From positions 7,440,001-7,504,000 of the forward strand of contig CM106586.1 of the NCBI GenBank assembly GCA_048013815.1: DNA of 64,000 nt. The letters are read 5' to 3'. The notes beneath the pieces were generated by a model that made no database searches, had not been told where the DNA came from, and saw nothing but the letters and a program-made list of their open reading frames with translations. Numbering within the stretch: position 1 is the stretch's first letter; each line of letters opens with the position of its first letter. Shown here piece by piece: positions 27,936-40,824 of this stretch. A program made the translations under genes and the position numbers. The DNA is from Setoptus koraiensis (taxonomy: Eukaryota; Animalia; Arthropoda).

Positions 27936-28110
27936 TCGGATCGTATCGGATCAGATCGGATCAAATCGGATCGGATCGCATTCCAGACCAGCGTACCGAC
28001 GGCACACCGATATGATCTGATGACCATCCACATCAGACGACAACAGCAGACGCAAACTGCATCCACAGACATCGACAGGCATCGACCGACATCGACAGGC
28101 ATCGACAGAC
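27936..28110 (+). repeat. ATCGG pentamer run (about 27936-27980) and CATCGAC(A/C)G(G/A) 10-bp tandem (about 28068-28110)
   Basis: tcggatcgtatcggatcagatcggatcaaatcggatcggatcg; gacatcgacaggcatcgaccgacatcgacaggcatcgacagac. Confidence 0.7.
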
Positions 28111-28833
28111 ACATTGCATAATGGCGATTTGCGAGCGCATGTCGAGCGAGCCGATCTTGACAACACCGTGCCCATGTGTCGCATTGTGAGCGCCGCCAGC
28201 GCAAGCAACATCGTTTACCTAGTTTACAATCGTTCACCTGATTGTTCAGAGAAGAAACAATTTTTTTCCTGTCATCATCACCTTACCATACAAGCCGCCA
28301 GTGCCAGCGCCAGCGCCACAGCAGTCATCTGACAGGTGAACAGGTGAATTGTTGCCAGTGTGTTGTTGTTGTTGTTGTTGTTGTTCAGCATTCATCGTTA
28401 TCATCATCATCATTTCGCGCGCAACCAACGTCTGTCAGTATAAACCGAGTCAGTATCAGTCGGTATACAAGTATCATGTGTAACAGCAGCACACTTTATG
28501 CACAACAAGCTACCCGTATCAGCGATCAAGCACCTACCAGAGGCTGTCTAAACTGTCGCTATTAAGAAGCAGCCAGCCAGAGACTAACAGTGGCCCACCA
28601 ATAGTGAACGTCGACAGTGGCAATAATTGACACATAATCACGCAAATAGCAACACAATCGCGCAAAATTACGCAAACAAAAAAGTCATTAGCCAACAGTT
28701 TGCTCGTTGACCGTCAGGGGTCACACGATGGCCGGCTCATTAGCAAACAAAGTGATTTATATGCCCATGGGGCAATTATAGCACCACAGTAGACAGACAT
28801 AAACATATCATACACTCTGCGAATTGCATAATT

Positions 28834-28899
28834 TTGCGCCAGAGATTGCGCCAGAGATTGCGCCACAGATTGCGCCACAGATTGCGCCAGAGATTGCGC
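28834..28899 (+). repeat. 12-bp tandem repeat TTGCGCCA(G/C)AGA x5.5 just upstream of the NT1 start codon
   Basis: Units start at 28834, 28846, 28858, 28870 and 28882, with a partial unit at 28894; the array ends 72 bp before ATG 28972. Confidence 0.92.
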
Positions 28900-28971
28900 A
28901 TGAGATCAAGTTGACATTATTGGCCGACAGAAACCGACAACGCACCCTATCAGACAGAGCAAACAAAACAT

Positions 28972-31900
28972 ATGACAGCAAAGAGAGAAGCCAACAAAAG
29001 TGACATGGCCACATCGTTGCGCGCGCCCACGGTGTGCCCACGGCCGAGGGCGCCCACCAAATGGCCGCACCCGCCGCCAATTTACCTGAGATTGTGGCGC
29101 CGGTGCTGGTGGCCGCCACTGTGGCTAACACTGTCCCTGTGCGTTATTGTAAATAGATTTAATTGCGTCGACGGTCAGCAGCAGCAGCATCACCATCTTC
29201 ATCAGGCCCAAGTCAGCATGATGACGATGCCACAATTGCCGCCGCTGCCGCCGCCACCGCCACAATTATCGCTAAAAGCCCCGTTAGCCATGCCCATACC
29301 CATGCCAAGGTTCAGCCAACATTACAGTGCCCAGAGCCAGCACCACAATGCCCCGAACCAGAACCAGCAGCAGCAGCAGCAGCAACTCCACTACCGACAC
29401 GCAAACCAGGCCCAGTTCACGGGTGCCCTGGTGCCCGTGGCCACGAGTCATACAATGACGAGCGGTGGCAAGTCGACCAACAGCAGCACCCACAGCCACA
29501 AACACCAGCACGCGCCCTTCATCGACCCGCAACAACAACAACAGCAACAGCAACAACAGCAGCATCAACAGCAGCATCAACAACAACAGCATCAACAGCA
29601 CCAACAGCATCAGCAGCAGCACCAACAGCAGCGCAACAGCGGCCAAATCAGATCAGCGGACAGCAGCAACGAGTTACATAATGCGAATTACAACAACAAC
29701 AACAACGTGCACGCGTCCAGCATAAAGCGACGCGAGGCCCCAGAATCGCATCGCGGCTATCACCAGTCCCAGCAGCAGCAGCCGGGCAGCTACCAGCAGC
29801 AGCAGCACTATCAACAACACAGCCAGCCGGCACAAATCAACGCCATCATGACGGCCCCAACAGCAAACAACAACCACAACAACAACCACAACAACAACCA
29901 CAACAACAACCACAACAACAACCACAACAACAACCACAACAACAACCACAACCACAACAGCAACAACAATCACAACAACCACAGCAACAACAACCACAAC
30001 AAGATGGCGGCCAGTCTGGTGGCTCAATCTAGTCAGAGTGTGAGCAGCAAGCAACTGGACAATAACGCGCGCAACAAGTTACCTAAACCCGCACCGAATG
30101 AGCCCGCCGGCCACGAACAGAAACAACCGCAACAGCAACAGCAAGCGGCCGGCCCGAGACAAGAGCTAGACGCTGTTGAAGCGCCAACAACGACAGACAA
30201 AAGCAGTGCCAAACAACAGCAACCTCGACTGGACAGCAGCCCGCCGCAGAGCCTCAAGCCGCCGACCTCTCCACTGAAACATGATCTCGCAATGCTGACC
30301 AGCGGCAGCAACACCAACCAAGACCATCACCGGATGGGGCCCATGGTCAGATCGCTGCCGCACAGCGGCAAGCAGGCTGTGGCGTTTGTCAGCGGCCAAA
30401 ACAAGCAGCATCAGGCAGCAGCCAAACAATCGGCGATGCAACAGGCTGCAAATCCCGAATATTCGCTAGATTTGGCGGGCCTGTCAGCGAACGGCGACCT
30501 GATGCCAGAGCCAGACTCGGGCTCGGGCCCCAAGTTGCTCGACGACCCTGCCGGCCCCATTGTGGTGCCCAGCGTGGGCGCCAGCCTAGACGACGAGCTG
30601 AGATCGGCGGGCAGCGCGTCGCTGTTCGCGGATGCGCCAGAGCCCGCCGAGCCACAGCAAACAGCGAACGCAACCATGCTAGCCATCGCCAATCAAACCC
30701 AAATGATGCTGACAATCACGCCAGACACGTCACAAGGGCTCGACCCGGTTGAGCCGCTGACCGGAAGTCACAAGCTGCTGCTAGACAGCGACGGCGGCGA
30801 TGCTTCAATTGACGAGTTGCATCATCACGCAAACGATCCGCAGCAGCAGCAGCAGCAAACGATGAGGCACCAATACGCCAACACTAGTGGCGAAACGCGA
30901 TCTCGACCCTCTTGGACAGAGTTACTAAAGCTGGCCAACGGTCAGCACTCCCAACAGGCGCCAAACAACAAATCCGGCCTGAACAAGGCGCGCCAAATGC
31001 TGGCCTTCAACGGGGCGGCCGGCCCAAGCTCGGGCCCCAACAGCCAGCAGCACAACGGGGCCCTGCACAACCATTTTTACAGCAACAGCAGCGCCGGCAG
31101 CGGCACGGGCCAACAAACAACAAATCCCTTCTCTATCAGCAACGGCAACACCGCCATGGCCACCGCTCTGGGGCCCATCAGGCACGCCTCCAGTCCGCTG
31201 GGCGCCATCAGACAGATGAGTCTGGCCGACTATTTGTCGAGCAATGCGGCCATGATGCCGCCCGGCGGCTTTGCCACCCTGGTCGGGCCGCCGCATCCGG
31301 GCAACCCGGCCAATTCGGGCGCCCAGTTCTACGGTGAGGGGCCGGGCGGCGCGCTGGGCGGCGGCGGCAGCCAGGCAACCAGCCTATTTGCGCCCTTCGA
31401 TCCGACGCCCGAGCAGGGCGTGTCTCTGGGCGACCCGGGCAATCACATGTCGCCCAGTTTACTGTCGGAAAATATGGCCATCCCGTCGCAAACCATCAAC
31501 GATCCCGGCATACAGTTCTGGCTGGACTTTATAGAGGCCGCGGGCAACTCGCTGCAGAACATGCCGCCCAATTCGGGCCAGCCCAACCCGGCCCAAGTGG
31601 GCGACGGCGATCTGGGCAAGGGCAACGTCGCGCAGCAAACCGGTCAGCTCATGGGCAGGCCCACAAAGGATTTGTTCAAGTATCAGGATCTGAACGGGAA
31701 TCCGCGCCAAGTGTTGCCCGGGCACCACTCGGCGGGCGGCGGCGGCGGGCACAATTTCAAGCCGCGATTGCCCGATTACTCTCAATTCGGTCAAAAGAAT
31801 CCCGGCCAGGGCGCCGGCAATCAGCAACAGCAGCAGAACAGCCAGCAGAACCAGATGAACAGCATCAACAACAATCTGGCGCCGTGGAGCCACAAAAAGA

Positions 31901-34900
31901 AGCACCCCGGTGATATGGGCGGCGCCGGGGGCCCGGACAGCGGCGAGTCGGGCTTCAACGATATCGACAACAACGACATTTTGGGCGCCGACAACGGATT
32001 CCGGGCCCGGCCGCCGCCGCCCCAGAGAAACTCGAACGGCGGCCCGGCCGCTCACAATCAACGCGAGCAGGGCGCCAAGCCCGCATCGTCGTCCGGCTTC
32101 GGCAACCCGAACCAAAATCTCAAGGCCGCCACCTCGGAGAGCAACCAGAACAACAACAACCAGAACATGGTGGGCGGCGGCTCCAACGGCGCCGGCAACA
32201 AGCAGTCGAAATTGCCGCCCAGCGCGGACGCCGACGCCGCTATTGTGGCAAACAGTGCACCCCGGTGCGACAAATTCACGCCCGACATTTGCGTGGACGA
32301 TTTCGAGTACCCCGAACAGGCCATTGTGGACGAGATACAGAAGAAGCGCGACCTGTTCGAGCTGATGTATTCCGAGGTGAAGGACAACGAGCCCATGGTA
32401 GACACTTTATCGCGCCAAACCGAGGAATCGTACAACTACGAATACTATTATTTGGGCAAAAATCAGATAGCCGGCCCGATGTCGGCGCTGTCCACTAGCC
32501 CGGCCAGCCAGCAGCAGGACAAGGGGGCGCCGGCGGGTTCCGGCCAGTCGGGCAGCGGCAACGCTGGTCAGCAGCTGTTGACCAGCACCACCACAAACAG
32601 CAACGCCATCGACCAGAGCGGATCGGGCGCCATTGACGGCATGGACGCGCTTATTGGGGCGGTGTCGCCGCAAGCGTCGTCGTCGTCGCCGGCCGCCTCC
32701 ACGCCCCCCGAAGCGGGCTTCATTTGTCCGAGCGAGGTGATGTATGGCCGGCCGAAGCTGGCCAAAAACAAGAAGGGCCTCTGGAAGGTGATAGTGAACG
32801 CGGGCGAATTCACGCAAACGGTGCGCCTCGAGAAGTGCCTGCTGCCCCAGAAGAGCTGCAATTATATATCCTCGAACTATTACGAGTCTAAGTGCCTCCA
32901 AGTGCACTCGTACCACCGGTTGCTGGTGTTCGAGAAGGGCAAGGGCTTCTACATCGACACATTCCGGTTGCCCACGGGCTGCAATTGTCACGTGCAGCGC
33001 TCCAAGCCCACAAAGTTGGCCCTGTCGAGCAGCGGTCAGCCGCAAACGATGAGCGCCAACGAGCCCCCGGCCGGCCCGTACCTAGGCAACAACAACATCG
33101 ACGACGTGCACCCCGTTGTGCCTGTCAAGTCGCAACAAGACCCAACCCACCACCACAGCGGCAACAACAACAACAACAACAACAATCACCAGCTGAGGGG
33201 GTCGCGCAACCACCAGTCGCTGGCCGTGTCGCCCAACTCCATGCTCAGCCAGACGCTTTGGTCCATTCTGAACGGGGGCCGCAGCTCTGCCGCCACCAAT
33301 TTGGACGGGCCGCCGCCGCCGGACGCGGCCGGCCCGGAGCCGGTGTCGTCGTCGGTGCACAAGGAGCAGCAGGCCTACCAATCGCAATCGGCCATTTTAG
33401 AGCAGCTCAGGCACCGGCCCGACCTGGCCAAGCACATATCCGACAACGTGTTGCGCCAACTGATGGACGTGGGCCTGATGCCCGAATCGGCGGCCGCCGC
33501 GCTCACCAACCAAGAGCAACTGATTCCGGCGCCCATTTTGAGCACAATACTGAGCGCCGGCGGCGGGGGCGACTCGCGCCCACTCAATCAGGCGCCCCAA
33601 TCGGGGGGCCACAGCCAATTCAAGCCGCTGTCGTATAACAGAAACAGCAACAGCAACAACAGACTCATGAGCAACAATTACACCATGACCAACAATGAAC
33701 AGTACATGGCCAGCTCGAACGAGATTGACGAGGGCCGGCCCAGGCCGGGATTGCGCCACAAGCTCAACAGGCAGGCCAACAGCGCCAAGCTGGCAAGCAA
33801 CAATAATTACGACAACAATTTGAATAATTTTTCCGCCGACAGTGCCAGCTACTATGCCCAGGACAACAACAACAACAATCATCAACAGCAGCTGTCGAAC
33901 GGCCGGGACCAGGCCGACGCGGACATGCCGCCGGGTCCCGTTCAGCGCCACCGGGTGACCAGCGATCACGGGTACCATGTAACGCTCACCAATAAGGCCA
34001 GAAGGCAGCCCGGGCCACAGTCGGACATGCGGGCCGGGGCCGAAAATGAGCTGAGCGACCCGGGCGACCAGTCCATATTGGGCAACACCGACCAGAATGA
34101 GCATCAGCAGCCACCAGCCCACGATCACAACAGTGCCAGCGCCTCATCCAAGAGGCAATACCAGCAGCAGCATCACGGGAGGCGGCCCGTAGCGCCGGTA
34201 GACCAGTCAGCTGATTTGTCGGGCGAAAGGGGCGACGCCAGCCAGCGGCAAGAGTTTGGCTTCTCTTATATAGACTCTAATAGGATACGCCAGCAAAACA
34301 GTGGCGGCCGTCTGAGCGGCGCAGCCCGACAGCAGGAGCATAATCGTCATCATGACTATGTTAGGACAGCGCCAAATCTACTGTACGACAACGTGGAACC
34401 GGAAGAGACCGAAAGCAACGAGGGCAAAAACATTGACCATTATCAGCATAGGCCCACCATATTGTACACAACGAACGACGCGGCCAGCAATCACTCGCAG
34501 ACGCATCACATGATGTCGGTACCTGTTCACGGCATTGAGCCAACATCGGTGAACAATCATTTGAATTTGGATTATTCCGATTTTGAGGTTTTGGGCGCCG
34601 TCGGTTCAAATCAAGAGGAACAAACGGCCAACAAGACAATAGAGGTGTTTGCCTTGAACGATTCAATTGTGTCCAATCCGTCGCAGTCCGCGGGCAGCAA
34701 GGACCGAAAAAAGATGAGCGATTTGCCGGCCGCGGCCGACACCGCAACAAGTGGCAACAAGAGGAACGCAACAACCGGCAGCAACGCCAATTACAACGCG
34801 ACAGACAGACCCCAGCAGCAGCAGCAGGCTCTATTTTATATGAAACAATTCGACAACAGTCCTATCAAGATAATAACACCGAGCGTGGCAGTGGTGGTGG

Positions 34901-35601
34901 GCGACAGCGGCCCCACAGCGGTGGACCAGACAACGGCAAACAATAGCAACAGCCAGAATAAGCCACCGTTGAACAACAGCAAAAACAACAACAACAACAA
35001 GATCAAACTGGACAATATGGTCTGGCAGTTGGCCTCATCGAGTAATAGGAGCACAACGAGACTAGGTCCGGAAAGTTACGCGCTTCCGGTCATTGAAAGC
35101 GCGCCCAGTAGTCATGATAATTCGATCAATTATATTGTTGTTGACAGTCAGCCGGATACGAGCGCCAACAATAGGTCTGCGGGGTCTATTGATCGGCACG
35201 ATAGTGATATCAGCGGCAGGCAATCGGCATCAAGTGCAAATATTGATAGAAACAGTGATCAGAACAGTGAAGAAACAAGTGGAATAAGCAGGAGACATGT
35301 CGCTAACGGCGCCAATGGCCAAGCGAGGGCGTCGCAGAATGGCAACCGAAACAACGGCACAACAATAGCCAACAGCAGCAACAACAGCAACAACTACAGC
35401 AACAACAACAACAACAATGTAACCGAAACAACAATCAATGGTCAACAACGGTTGCAGCAGCTACAACAGATGCAGGGCATATCGTCAAACAACAGCTATT
35501 TATTGAAGGAAAAGATAAATTTCTCTTATCATCCCATTTTGGAGTACATCAACGACATGAAGCATGACCAGAAGCATCAGTCGCCGGTGCAGCAGCAATA
35601 G
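28972..35601 (+). CDS. NT1: Neurotrophin-1 / spaetzle-2-like cystine-knot ligand precursor, 2209 aa, single ORF
   Basis: Hydrophobic signal-like LWLTLSLCVIV. Spz-type prodomain CDKFTPDICVDDFEYPEQAI...LFELMY. Cystine knot FICPSEVMYGRPKLAKNKKGLWKVIVNAGEFTQTVRLEKC...SCNYI...SKCLQVHSYHRLL...IDTFRLPTGCNCHV matches the NT1/spz2 pattern (IVNTGQHTQTLRLEKC, from memory). C-terminal INFSYHPILEY resembles the remembered NT1 tail. Confidence 0.88.
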   Translation: MTAKREANKSDMATSLRAPTVCPRPRAPTKWPHPPPIYLRLWRRCWWPPLWLTLSLCVIVNRFNCVDGQQQQHHHLHQAQVSMMTMPQLPPLPPPPPQLSLKAPLAMPIPMPRFSQHYSAQSQHHNAPNQNQQQQQQQLHYRHANQAQFTGALVPVATSHTMTSGGKSTNSSTHSHKHQHAPFIDPQQQQQQQQQQQHQQQHQQQQHQQHQQHQQQHQQQRNSGQIRSADSSNELHNANYNNNNNVHASSIKRREAPESHRGYHQSQQQQPGSYQQQQHYQQHSQPAQINAIMTAPTANNNHNNNHNNNHNNNHNNNHNNNHNNNHNHNSNNNHNNHSNNNHNKMAASLVAQSSQSVSSKQLDNNARNKLPKPAPNEPAGHEQKQPQQQQQAAGPRQELDAVEAPTTTDKSSAKQQQPRLDSSPPQSLKPPTSPLKHDLAMLTSGSNTNQDHHRMGPMVRSLPHSGKQAVAFVSGQNKQHQAAAKQSAMQQAANPEYSLDLAGLSANGDLMPEPDSGSGPKLLDDPAGPIVVPSVGASLDDELRSAGSASLFADAPEPAEPQQTANATMLAIANQTQMMLTITPDTSQGLDPVEPLTGSHKLLLDSDGGDASIDELHHHANDPQQQQQQTMRHQYANTSGETRSRPSWTELLKLANGQHSQQAPNNKSGLNKARQMLAFNGAAGPSSGPNSQQHNGALHNHFYSNSSAGSGTGQQTTNPFSISNGNTAMATALGPIRHASSPLGAIRQMSLADYLSSNAAMMPPGGFATLVGPPHPGNPANSGAQFYGEGPGGALGGGGSQATSLFAPFDPTPEQGVSLGDPGNHMSPSLLSENMAIPSQTINDPGIQFWLDFIEAAGNSLQNMPPNSGQPNPAQVGDGDLGKGNVAQQTGQLMGRPTKDLFKYQDLNGNPRQVLPGHHSAGGGGGHNFKPRLPDYSQFGQKNPGQGAGNQQQQQNSQQNQMNSINNNLAPWSHKKKHPGDMGGAGGPDSGESGFNDIDNNDILGADNGFRARPPPPQRNSNGGPAAHNQREQGAKPASSSGFGNPNQNLKAATSESNQNNNNQNMVGGGSNGAGNKQSKLPPSADADAAIVANSAPRCDKFTPDICVDDFEYPEQAIVDEIQKKRDLFELMYSEVKDNEPMVDTLSRQTEESYNYEYYYLGKNQIAGPMSALSTSPASQQQDKGAPAGSGQSGSGNAGQQLLTSTTTNSNAIDQSGSGAIDGMDALIGAVSPQASSSSPAASTPPEAGFICPSEVMYGRPKLAKNKKGLWKVIVNAGEFTQTVRLEKCLLPQKSCNYISSNYYESKCLQVHSYHRLLVFEKGKGFYIDTFRLPTGCNCHVQRSKPTKLALSSSGQPQTMSANEPPAGPYLGNNNIDDVHPVVPVKSQQDPTHHHSGNNNNNNNNHQLRGSRNHQSLAVSPNSMLSQTLWSILNGGRSSAATNLDGPPPPDAAGPEPVSSSVHKEQQAYQSQSAILEQLRHRPDLAKHISDNVLRQLMDVGLMPESAAAALTNQEQLIPAPILSTILSAGGGGDSRPLNQAPQSGGHSQFKPLSYNRNSNSNNRLMSNNYTMTNNEQYMASSNEIDEGRPRPGLRHKLNRQANSAKLASNNNYDNNLNNFSADSASYYAQDNNNNNHQQQLSNGRDQADADMPPGPVQRHRVTSDHGYHVTLTNKARRQPGPQSDMRAGAENELSDPGDQSILGNTDQNEHQQPPAHDHNSASASSKRQYQQQHHGRRPVAPVDQSADLSGERGDASQRQEFGFSYIDSNRIRQQNSGGRLSGAARQQEHNRHHDYVRTAPNLLYDNVEPEETESNEGKNIDHYQHRPTILYTTNDAASNHSQTHHMMSVPVHGIEPTSVNNHLNLDYSDFEVLGAVGSNQEEQTANKTIEVFALNDSIVSNPSQSAGSKDRKKMSDLPAAADTATSGNKRNATTGSNANYNATDRPQQQQQALFYMKQFDNSPIKIITPSVAVVVGDSGPTAVDQTTANNSNSQNKPPLNNSKNNNNNKIKLDNMVWQLASSSNRSTTRLGPESYALPVIESAPSSHDNSINYIVVDSQPDTSANNRSAGSIDRHDSDISGRQSASSANIDRNSDQNSEETSGISRRHVANGANGQARASQNGNRNNGTTIANSSNNSNNYSNNNNNNVTETTINGQQRLQQLQQMQGISSNNSYLLKEKINFSYHPILEYINDMKHDQKHQSPVQQQ
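29866..30000 (+). repeat. AACAACCACAAC 12-bp coding tandem repeat (NNHN)n inside NT1
   Basis: About 6 near-perfect units followed by degenerate copies; reads NNNHNNNH in the NT1 frame. Confidence 0.9.
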
Positions 35602-35874
35602 CAATAACAACAACAACAACAACCACAATAACAATTGTTCAATGTAAATAGCTCGTCACGAGCTAACCAGACGGTAGGGCAGCGGACGCAATGCAGAATC
35701 AATTCGGATCAATTAAATAATAATCAACCAACTAACAAACAAACAGACGAACAGAGATGGAGAAAATTTGACCAATACGAGAGAGTTGTTATTAATTAAT
35801 ATTAATATTATTATTATTATTTTGAATACATTATGTAATAGACACACACAATGCGTCGCATATAATACAGCCAG

Positions 35875-36489
35875 TTACATCAGCTGTGTGGCGTCCACAA
35901 TGCAGTCGTGCTCCAGTGCGCAGCTAGCCACTAGCGACTCGACTTGTGAGTACGATGATGATTGGCCAGATAGTTGTAAAGTTGTGGATATTAGTCCGTG
36001 TAAATAATATAAGAATTTAAATAGGTAAAAGAATAGCTTTATCCAACCCTCTCTCTTTGCCATGCTCATCTGATCGGAATCCATAATTGTTGCGGGATCG
36101 TATAGTCCGTTGAGTAACTTTTTCAATAGATTACTGGGATAGTGGTAGCAGTGGCTCTGTTGTTGCGTCTGTCTAATGGCTGATAGGGTTGTCGCTGATG
36201 GTAGTGTTGTTGTTGCTATTTCAACACGATAAACATGATAGGCTATTAGTGGTAAATTTATTGTTAATGTTAGCCATTCGCCACACAATAAAAACATCGA
36301 CGTTATTAGCAAATGCAATAGATATTCTGGCAATACCAACGGATTGATTGTCCTACAATGGTCAACGGGGCTCCTATAGCTGCTCCTAAGCTCGTCAAAG
36401 GCTATCACATGAAATATGGCCAAAAATAGTAGGAAGGCATCGCCTATTAACGCGGCAACGTAAGCTGCCAATTTCCAATAGAATGGCAT
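35875..36489 (-). CDS. cni: Cornichon-family ER cargo receptor / AMPAR auxiliary-like protein, 204 aa as one ORF
   Basis: FHVIAFDELRSSYRSPVDHCRTINPLVLPEYLLH...GEWLTLTINLPLIAYH...GLYDPATIM...KREGWIKLFFYLFKFLYYLHGLI is the cornichon signature. It carries an extra segment at aa 89-127. Confidence 0.93.
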   Translation of the reverse strand: MPFYWKLAAYVAALIGDAFLLFLAIFHVIAFDELRSSYRSPVDHCRTINPLVLPEYLLHLLITSMFLLCGEWLTLTINLPLIAYHVYRVEIATTTLPSATTLSAIRQTQQQSHCYHYPSNLLKKLLNGLYDPATIMDSDQMSMAKREGWIKLFFYLFKFLYYLHGLISTTLQLSGQSSSYSQVESLVASCALEHDCIVDATQLM

Positions 36490-37686
36490 GTTATGTTTAA
36501 ATTTAAAATAATTTCTATGATAGTTGATTAAATTGCTTGCTTGTGTCCTGTCCGGTCGCCAGCTTTATGTTGTTGTTGTGGTCGTGGTCGTGGTGGTACA
36601 ATTCCGACTGTTGTTGTTTTTGATGTTGATTCTTTGGAAGAATTAGGCCATCTTTGAGCGATAACAACACTAGATCCATTAGTCTAGCTACATTAGTGCA
36701 CATGAGATCATATGAGAAGAGAAGTAGATATATCCTAGATTCTTGGCAGTTTATGCTGCCCTATGAATGCAGCTATCGCTACAACTAGCGATGGCCGTGT
36801 GAGTGAGCCGATGATCAATGCCGAAGCAGCTTCGATGCCTTCCTAGCGATTATGCAATATCCGCTGTAAGATATGTGGATTTTAGTCAAAGATTCCGCAT
36901 ATGATACTTGCCTAGCCATAATGCTGCTGCCAGTAGTAGCAATAGCAGTATTAGTAGTGGTGACAGCGGCGGCGGCTGATGCTGCGATGGTGGTAGTGGT
37001 AGTAGTAGTAGTAGTAAGAGGAGGCACTCACATACACACATATAATGCCACTAGTCACTATGTATAGCTGGTTACCATAGTCAGTCCATGTCAACACAGC
37101 AGAAGAGCATCTCACAATCCGTTACGTAATGTGCGATGTCTATAGGTGCCGTTTGGCTATGGCGAGATGAGAATTTGCCATTATATTATGATGCAATTTT
37201 GCACACTGACAAGTAGAAGGTTTGCAATGATAATCAGTAGACATTTCAAGAAGAAACGAGTTGGTTCTATAGATGACATGCTTTTCTCTGTATTTGTCTG
37301 ATGCGAATAATAGCAGCAATTCAAAAATACAAGATGTCCCAACGCGGCGCCCACTGACAGCCCGAGAGGGATATAGCGTCCAATCGCGTCAAGCGGGTTC
37401 TATGATCTAGCGACAATTTTGTTGTCGAAGCGAAGTCAAGACGAGCCAAAGCTGGAGCTTGCCGATGGCTCCGACTTGGTGCCCCTCTCCAATAACGATT
37501 TGTTCGGGACGAGTTTCTCATGTAGTGAGGATTCTTTGAGTCAGTAATCATGGTTAGTAAGATCACGGGAAAGGATGAAACAGTTTCTTGGGAATTCCCG
37601 ACCCATTGACACTAGACACTTCGAATGCTACTGCTGCAGGGAGAGGCGAAACGCTAGCCAGATCAGTGACAGTTGTCTTGTTAGCA

Positions 37687-37779
37687 ATATTACATAATAT
37701 TACAAAGATATTACATAATATTACAAAGATATTACATAATAATACAAAGATATCACATAATATCACAAAGATATTACAT
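37687..37779 (+). repeat. 21-bp AT-rich tandem repeat ATATTACATAATATTACAAAG x4.5
   Basis: Units start at 37687, 37708, 37729 and 37750, with a partial unit at 37771; the repeat produces the spurious LCNIFVI ORF. Confidence 0.92.
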
Positions 37780-38970
37780 CGCTGGAATGGACCCAACAAC
37801 AAACCCATGTTGTGAGTGTTTTTTTTTGTGCCTTGCCAGTATTAGCTTTGTTGCGAATCCGCCAGGAGCGCGGCGAGCTCAGGGTGCCTCGATGCGAATG
37901 TAAGTTTGCGAACACATGATCACACAATGTGCTGCAAGCGTGTGTGTTAGAATGTTCTAGAAAGAGTTGGAACGTTGTTTAGACGACAGAGGTCGCTTGT
38001 TGGCCAGTGCACAGCGAGCATGGAGCAACAGTGGCCATGGCTGGTCAATTGGTGCAACGAGCGCCCCCACTCGGACGTGTTTGAAGGCAGTGCGCAAGTT
38101 ATTATTGTGGCGGCAGCAGTGGTGGTGTGAACAGTCACAATGCAGTGGTGCTGCCGACTCTGTGGTGTGTTGGTGTGATAAGTTATAACTCGTAAATAAG
38201 CTCTCTCGATGTTAAGCTAACTAGTTGGACTACGGATTATAATATACAACAAAGCCAACAATTTATTATTATTTACACGCTTGTCTTCCTCTTTATTATT
38301 ATATTATATTTTTTGTGTGTATGTCGGTGGTGTATACACCCTCCGTTGCCTTCACCGCCAGAGAGTTGGCAAATGAAATGACGACAAAATGAGCTGCAGG
38401 TGGCTAAAATGCTAGTCGAGCTAACGTGACGATGGAAACGGCAGCAGCGGCAACAACAACAACATAATCAACAACTATATTAATAATATAAACAACAACA
38501 TATTATCGAGTGGCAGTAATACTGGTGGTGGTATTGGTGGTAGCAACAGCAGTTCAGCGGCAGCAGGGGCAACGGCACAAACACATCGTGGCAAATGATA
38601 CACAGGCGCTATGATCACAACATCGTCGCTGGGATTAGTCAACATTATTATTATTATTTCTATTACTATTATTACAATTACATTATTGTCATATACAATC
38701 GCCGTGTAAACTCTACTACATCTGTTTAATATTATTATTATTATTATCATCTTAATTATTATTATTACTATTATCACCTTTACAAATATTATCACAATCA
38801 GCTCAATGCACATCATCAACAACTACAACTACCACTTCCAAAAATTGTTTCTAGTTGTACCATACCCAGAAGCAGTTGAAGCAGCTCCACAACCAGACAA
38901 CTCATCATCATCCGTCCCGAGGTTAACCACCGTTATTAGGATCGCACCACAAACACGTACACACAGTTGA

Positions 38971-40824
<1,854 letters not shown>

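Noticed and set aside
29163-35448. Numerous overlapping and antisense ORFs inside NT1
   Set aside because: Shadow frames of GC-rich, trinucleotide-repeat coding sequence (poly-L/V/C/A); no domains.
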